Of a stretch of DNA of 13,121 nucleotides, positions 8,578 through 13,121 are shown in pieces. The stretch's first letter is position 1. Every line of letters starts with the position of its first letter. A program made the translations under genes and the position numbers. Under the pieces are notes generated by a model. It made no database searches. It saw nothing but the letters and a program-made list of their open reading frames with translations, and had not been told where the DNA came from. This DNA is from Vitrella brassicaformis CCMP3155 (lineage: Eukaryota; Protista; Chromerida). Where the stretch lies: contig CDMY01000882.1 in the NCBI GenBank assembly GCA_001179505.1, positions 1 through 13,121 on the forward strand, in the 5' to 3' direction.

Positions 8578-8883
8578 GCGCATCTGAGTCATACACGCAC
8601 CCAGCCGCGATAAACACACACAGGAGCATCAGTCCATCACGCAAATCGTCGTGTGTTTGGCCGGCGACGAAGTCAAGTCAGCCAGTGGGTGGCGAAACGC
8701 CAAGCCTTCCATGGGGCCGACAAGGAAGCCATCGATTCTCACCCACCCCAACACAACCACTTCAAAGCCCAAGAGAACCAAGGACAGACACGACAGGCTA
8801 ACTAAATCAACTGACTACGTCAGCTGGTTCTTACAGGTGTGTGCTGCCGGTGGGTGGAGGGCTAAAATCGCACCGCAGCAGCG
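8578..8883 (-). repeat. Right copy of the long inverted repeat (partner 1-306); outer boundary unknown
   Basis: Reverse complement of 1-306 with 7 mismatches and no gaps. Homology ends sharply inward after ...GACTCAG ATGCGC. Confidence 0.95.
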
Positions 8884-9813
8884 ATCAGATGTCCGCCAAC
8901 GATGGCAGGCAGCGGAACGAGCTGCGCTTTGCCCCCCGCCAGTGGGCAGCAGCGCCGTGTGCTTGTGCAGGTTGTGTATGGTGTGTGCAGTGCGGGGCCG
9001 CCGACCAAAACCGCGGGGCGGACGAGAGGTCGAAGCTGACTGAAATGGCAGTAAGTCAATACATACGTCAACATGCATGGGTCACCCACCATTCAACACG
9101 CTCATCGATCCATCCAACAACCATCGGCCACAGAAGGGCCATTCGCATGAGAGCAAAGAAAGCCCCACCAGCAATGCCCACATCACTCACACACGCAGAC
9201 CGCTGACCACCCACCACCAATCGATGCAGGCACAACCGAGAAGAGGAGAGAAGGCCCACACACACGTTGTGTGCCGTCGATGGATGCATGGGTACCGTAC
9301 ACACCCGCCCGCCACAATCGCCGCACTCTCTGTCACTCCCTCCGCCCAACCACAGCCCTGCTGGCCTGCCTGTCTGCCTCCGCTCAGTCAGTGTCGGTCG
9401 GTCGGCGGCGCATTCGTACGCCCATCCATCCAACCAAACGAATGCGACCTGCACGCGATGCAGCCAGTCATACGAACCGACCTCACTCGAGCCAAAAGGG
9501 CCCTGATGCACGTGTGTGTGTCTGGCTCGTCTGTGTGGGGCGTGGGAGCCATTGCGGAGACCGAAGGAAGCAGCAGTAGAAAGCGTGCATTGGATGCATC
9601 GAAGGGGGCTGACAGAGCACACGGACACGCAATGCAATGCAATGCACGGCCGGCCGCCGTACCACCAGAGAGAGGATAATCAGAAGAGACAGTGTGTGCT
9701 GTTGGTGCGCATGTGTGTGCCTGAGTGGGTGGGTGGGCGTGTCGCGGGCCGCTAACCAAAACCGCTGGATGACAAAAGGAAGCCTGCGAATGAATGGTGG
9801 ACCACAAATGTGG

Positions 9814-9860
9814 AGTCAGTCAGTCAGTTCGTCAGTCAGTCAGTCAGTCAGTCAGTCAGT
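9814..9860. repeat. (AGTC)n microsatellite; further short arrays at 9631-9643 (AATGC), 10071-10090 (GTCA) and 10161-10180 (CCAT)
   Basis: Directly visible simple repeats in a region with no credible coding signal. Confidence 0.9.
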
Positions 9861-10342
9861 AGCAAGCCACACAGATGCCTCGGATCGACCTTTGTGTGCT
9901 CGTGGTGCGCATGTGTGTCTTGGCGGTCCGGGGTGATGTGGTGTGAAGCGGGCCGCACCCAAAACCGCCAAAGCAGGAGAGGAGCAGTGAGTGAGTCTGT
10001 GGGTGCAGTAAGGTAAGCCTATACATCCATATACAGCACATGGTGAGTGGAGTAAGTCGAATAAATACGCAGTCAGTCAGTCAGTCAGTCGTCGACATGG
10101 ATGCACACACACATCTCACGCACTGCACCCAGCCGCACTCACCCAGGCCCCTGACCGACACCATCCATCCATCCATCCACACTCCACCAACCGACCTCCC
10201 GCCCCCGACAAGCACCACCACCACCACCAGCAACCGATTGTTTCGGTCAACGAGAACACCGCCGACGCACATAAGAAGTAGACAGACGGGGAGTAGACAG
10301 CGACAGACACACCACACCCACGCACACGAACGAAAAGGGAGT

Positions 10343-10451
10343 GTCCGCACCATACGGAGGGACGAGAAGAAAACGAGAAAGCGGCGTCCGCACCATACGG
10401 AGGGACGAGAAGAAAACGAGAAAGCAGCGTCCGCACCATACGGAGGGACGA
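10343..10451 (+). repeat. 43-bp tandem repeat, ~2.5 copies
   Basis: Unit GTCCGCACCATACGGAGGGACGAGAAGAAAACGAGAAAGC(G/A)GC at 10343-10385 and 10386-10428, with a partial copy at 10429-10451. Confidence 0.92.
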
Positions 10452-10714
10452 AAAGAATACGACAAAGGAGAAGAAAAGGCAACGGGTAGGGCTGCTGACT
10501 CAAACGCAATACAATACAACACACTAATTAACAAAGGTACATCCATACCATGGACAAAAACAAAAAACAGCCATCCTCCCCCGTCTGTCTACGTATGGAG
10601 GCGCGGGGGCCTCTTCTCGTGGTGGCAGTGGGTGGTGGGTGGTGGGTGGGGTGCTTCTCGTCGGCGGAGAGGGCACAGACGCTGCGGGCGGGCCGATGGC
10701 CGAACGACTTCAGC

Positions 10715-11014
10715 NNNNNNNNNNNNNNNNNNNNNNNNNNNNNNNNNNNNNNNNNNNNNNNNNNNNNNNNNNNNNNNNNNNNNNNNNNNNNNNNNNNNNN
10801 NNNNNNNNNNNNNNNNNNNNNNNNNNNNNNNNNNNNNNNNNNNNNNNNNNNNNNNNNNNNNNNNNNNNNNNNNNNNNNNNNNNNNNNNNNNNNNNNNNNN
10901 NNNNNNNNNNNNNNNNNNNNNNNNNNNNNNNNNNNNNNNNNNNNNNNNNNNNNNNNNNNNNNNNNNNNNNNNNNNNNNNNNNNNNNNNNNNNNNNNNNNN
11001 NNNNNNNNNNNNNN
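10715..11014. other. Assembly gap (300 N)
   Basis: Run of N. ORF-track entries crossing it are not real translations. Confidence 1.
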
Positions 11015-11084
11015 AGACAGAGGCACACAAGTATGTGCACAGGCGAGATGAGCACATCTTTTGCGTGTGGTCGTACGTGCGTAC

Positions 11085-12558
11085 CTCCCGAAGCGCCGAA
11101 GATGACATGTTGACTCCTTGAGTGTTCGCCGGGCGGGAGGCCGCGAAGAGGGGCCGGAAACCGGTTGAGTCGAGCTGCACGTTGAGGCCGCGGCGGGACT
11201 TGCCTGTGGCGACCGCCAGACGGACACCACGGCGCCGCAGGGCATCAAGGAAGTTGCGAGACCCGTCGAAGGGCTTGACCTGACGAAAGACAATGCAATT
11301 GGGACCCATTGCATTGAGTCGATCGAGACATGAATGTATGAAGTGTGAGTCGATCGATGTACATACCTGTGTGTGTCTCGATTTCCCTCCAGTGTGTGCG
11401 GTATGTATGCGGCCTTGATCTCTTCGTGCGTCTCTTGGTCATCGTCCGGACAGAGCACCAGGGGCACGTCATCGATCGACAGGCCAATCGTTTGGCGAAT
11501 CTCTCTCTCCAGACGCCTCTCGTCCATCGGCGGATCAGGGTCATGTCATCGTCACAATCGCCAGAACCATCAGCCGCCTGCCGTCTCCTCTTGTTGTCGC
11601 GAGCGGTCTTCTTGCCCTCCTTGACGGCCCTCACCCAGCACCGGATGATCGACGTCACCGAATCGACCACAGTGCCATCCCTGGTGGTGCACAGCACACG
11701 CAACAACCATTGCGGTGGCACGTGCATACACCGCTGCACACCTGCCCGGGTCACCCACTTACCAGTCGAAGCAGACGCACCGCAGGACGGGCTTGTCGGA
11801 CACCGCCTCCCTCACATCGTGGCCGACACTGTCAGCCGCCTTGTCATGACACGGAGTGGGGTGCGGAGAGGGAGGGGCGCGGTCGGTCTGCACTGATGCC
11901 GCCGCTCGGAGGCCGAATGGTGCAGTGGCTGCGGAGGGAAGGTGGGGCGGCTGCTGGGTGTCTCGCTCGTAGTAGAGCTGGCCTTCCTGTGTGGGCTGCT
12001 GTGACCAACGGGTCTGCCGGATGGCCTCGCCCGTCAATCGCCGAGTGACCAACGGGTTTGCCGGATGGCCTCGCCCGTCAATCGCCGAGTGACCAACGGG
12101 TCTGCCGGATGGCCTCGCCCGTCGATCGCCGAGTGACCAACGGGTTTGCCGGATGGCCTCGCCCGTCGATCGCCGAGTGATTAAGGCCCACAGGCGGATT
12201 GCTGGCATGCGGCCCGGCATCTACAGCGCAGAGACGGCACTCCCGCGGCCTGACACAACCACTCTGACCTGCACACACACACGTGACAGCCATGAGAGCA
12301 CAACAAGAGATGAGAGATGACCTCCGCCGTGTATGTGTGTGTGTGTAGGTCTCGTACCTTCCTCCTCCCAGGCAAGAAGCGGGGAGTCGTAGAGGGATGG
12401 ATGAGTGAATGGGCGGCGGCTGACTGCAGCCGGCCTGCAGAAGGACAACAGGCAGACAGACAGACAGACGAGGAGCTCAGAGAGGTCGACCACATGTGTC
12501 TGTCACGTGTGCACATGTGTGAGTGTTCGCTTGTGTGTGTACCTGGATGAGCAAACAT
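11085..12558 (-). pseudogene. HAD-superfamily (subfamily IA, phosphoglycolate-phosphatase-like) hydrolase with multiple lesions; 3' end lost in the gap. Exons (- strand): 12558-12543, 12434-12358, 12268-11763, 11680-11367, 11279-11085
   Basis: Motif I is split by an intron (CVCFDW|DGTVVDS). Cap helix EIRQTIGLSIDDV and motif II region VKPFDG..LRRRGVRLAVATGKSRRGL are present. Lesions: in-frame TAG at 12221-12223, frameshifts near 11544, 11401-11408 and ~11370. Assembly error next to the gap cannot be excluded. Confidence 0.75.
12001..12180. repeat. 44-bp minisatellite, 4 copies plus 4 nt, inside the HAD exon
   Basis: Unit GTGACCAACGGGT(C/T)TGCCGGATGGCCTCGCCCGTC(A/G)ATCGCCGA starting at 12001, 12045, 12089 and 12133. 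No spacers. Confidence 0.97.
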
Positions 12559-12610
12559 GGCGGGCGGGCCAGCAAACACAGCACACCACACACAGCGGCC
12601 TTCCCGCAGC

Positions 12611-12708
12611 CTGAAGCAGCCAACCGACCAAAGACATCCGTGCATTGCATGTGTGTGTGCGCCAAATGCATGTCCGTATGTACAGCCCTGCAGGCCCTGC
12701 GTACTTAC
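12611..12708 (-). other. Probable 5' UTR intron of the HAD gene
   Basis: On the - strand: ACCG|GTAAGT...GGCTGCTTCAG|GCTG, 98 nt, with a (CA)-rich interior like the other introns. Confidence 0.55.
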
Positions 12709-13121
12709 CGGTCGGTGGAGTGCGTGCTTGGAGGGGGGGAGGGAAGAAGTGCCTATCATTATCTTTTTGGTATTGCCTTCTTGTGGGCCTCTCTTTCCCT
12801 CTCTCGGCCTTCTTTAGGGGGCCTTTGGCTTTGCTTTCCCTCTCTCTCCTCGTCCCTCTCCTCTCCTTGTCTGTCGGGCAGCCAGCCACCGAGTAAAAAC
12901 TGACTAGATGACGTCAGAAATGACAGTAAAATGACTAAAGAATGCAATGACGCACACAGACAGGCCAGACGAACAAAATCGAGAGGGACAGGCAGGCGAA
13001 AACGAAACCCATCGGCCATGCGGACACGTGTGTGTGAGTGTGAGGGGCAGAGCCGTCATCAGCCAGGCCATGAAGGGGGAAAGGGACACACATGCACGCA
13101 GCCATCACACAAAGGTTTTCG

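Noticed and set aside
8841-10546. Numerous 60-200 aa ORFs in the intergenic region
   Set aside because: They are low-complexity or repeat-derived, with no consistent exon chain or domain.
10279-10592. 14-bp inverted match GTAGACAGACGGGG (~10279-10292 vs ~10579-10592)
   Set aside because: It is short and partly built from the common CAGA repeat, with no TSD or other MITE evidence.
10341-11527. Long ORFs spanning the N run
   Set aside because: Artefacts of translating the gap.
11520-11632. An intron from TGG|GTGAGG explaining the HAD frameshift
   Set aside because: It would delete the cap helix after motif I and lacks the local intron signature. A 1-nt deletion is simpler.
12001-12180. 44-bp (and the 43-bp at 10343) repeats as CRISPR arrays
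   Set aside because: Head-to-tail units with no spacers, no cas genes, and a eukaryotic context.

Overview
Eukaryotic genomic DNA, GC-rich and intron-dense, with (CA)n/(GT)n-rich introns. The composition and a CCp3-type gene suggest a chromerid alveolate such as Vitrella (inference). Most ORF-track entries are artefacts of unspliced introns and microsatellites. Three genes are supported. (1) A 23-exon + strand secreted adhesin (1023-6364) with the apicomplexan CCp3/PxSR/LAP1 architecture: signal peptide, 2 PLAT, LCCL, 2 SRCR, LCCL, pentraxin/LamG. Several domains have lost parts in frame, the C-terminus is not CCp3-like, and there is an in-frame TGA at 6136. (2) An intronless 393-aa - strand ORF (8157-6976) with an N-myristoylation-type start, an F-box-like segment and a C-terminal CaaX (CTIM). 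(3) A - strand HAD-IA hydrolase (12558-11085, running into a 300-N gap) with a premature TAG, frameshifts and a 4x44-bp internal repeat. Genes 1 and 2 lie between two inverted copies of a >=306-bp, ~98% identical element (1-306 and 8578-8883). Most introns carry self-complementary arms, with degenerate donors and GU-rich rather than polypyrimidine acceptors. All alignments and gene models were done by eye; no database search was run.
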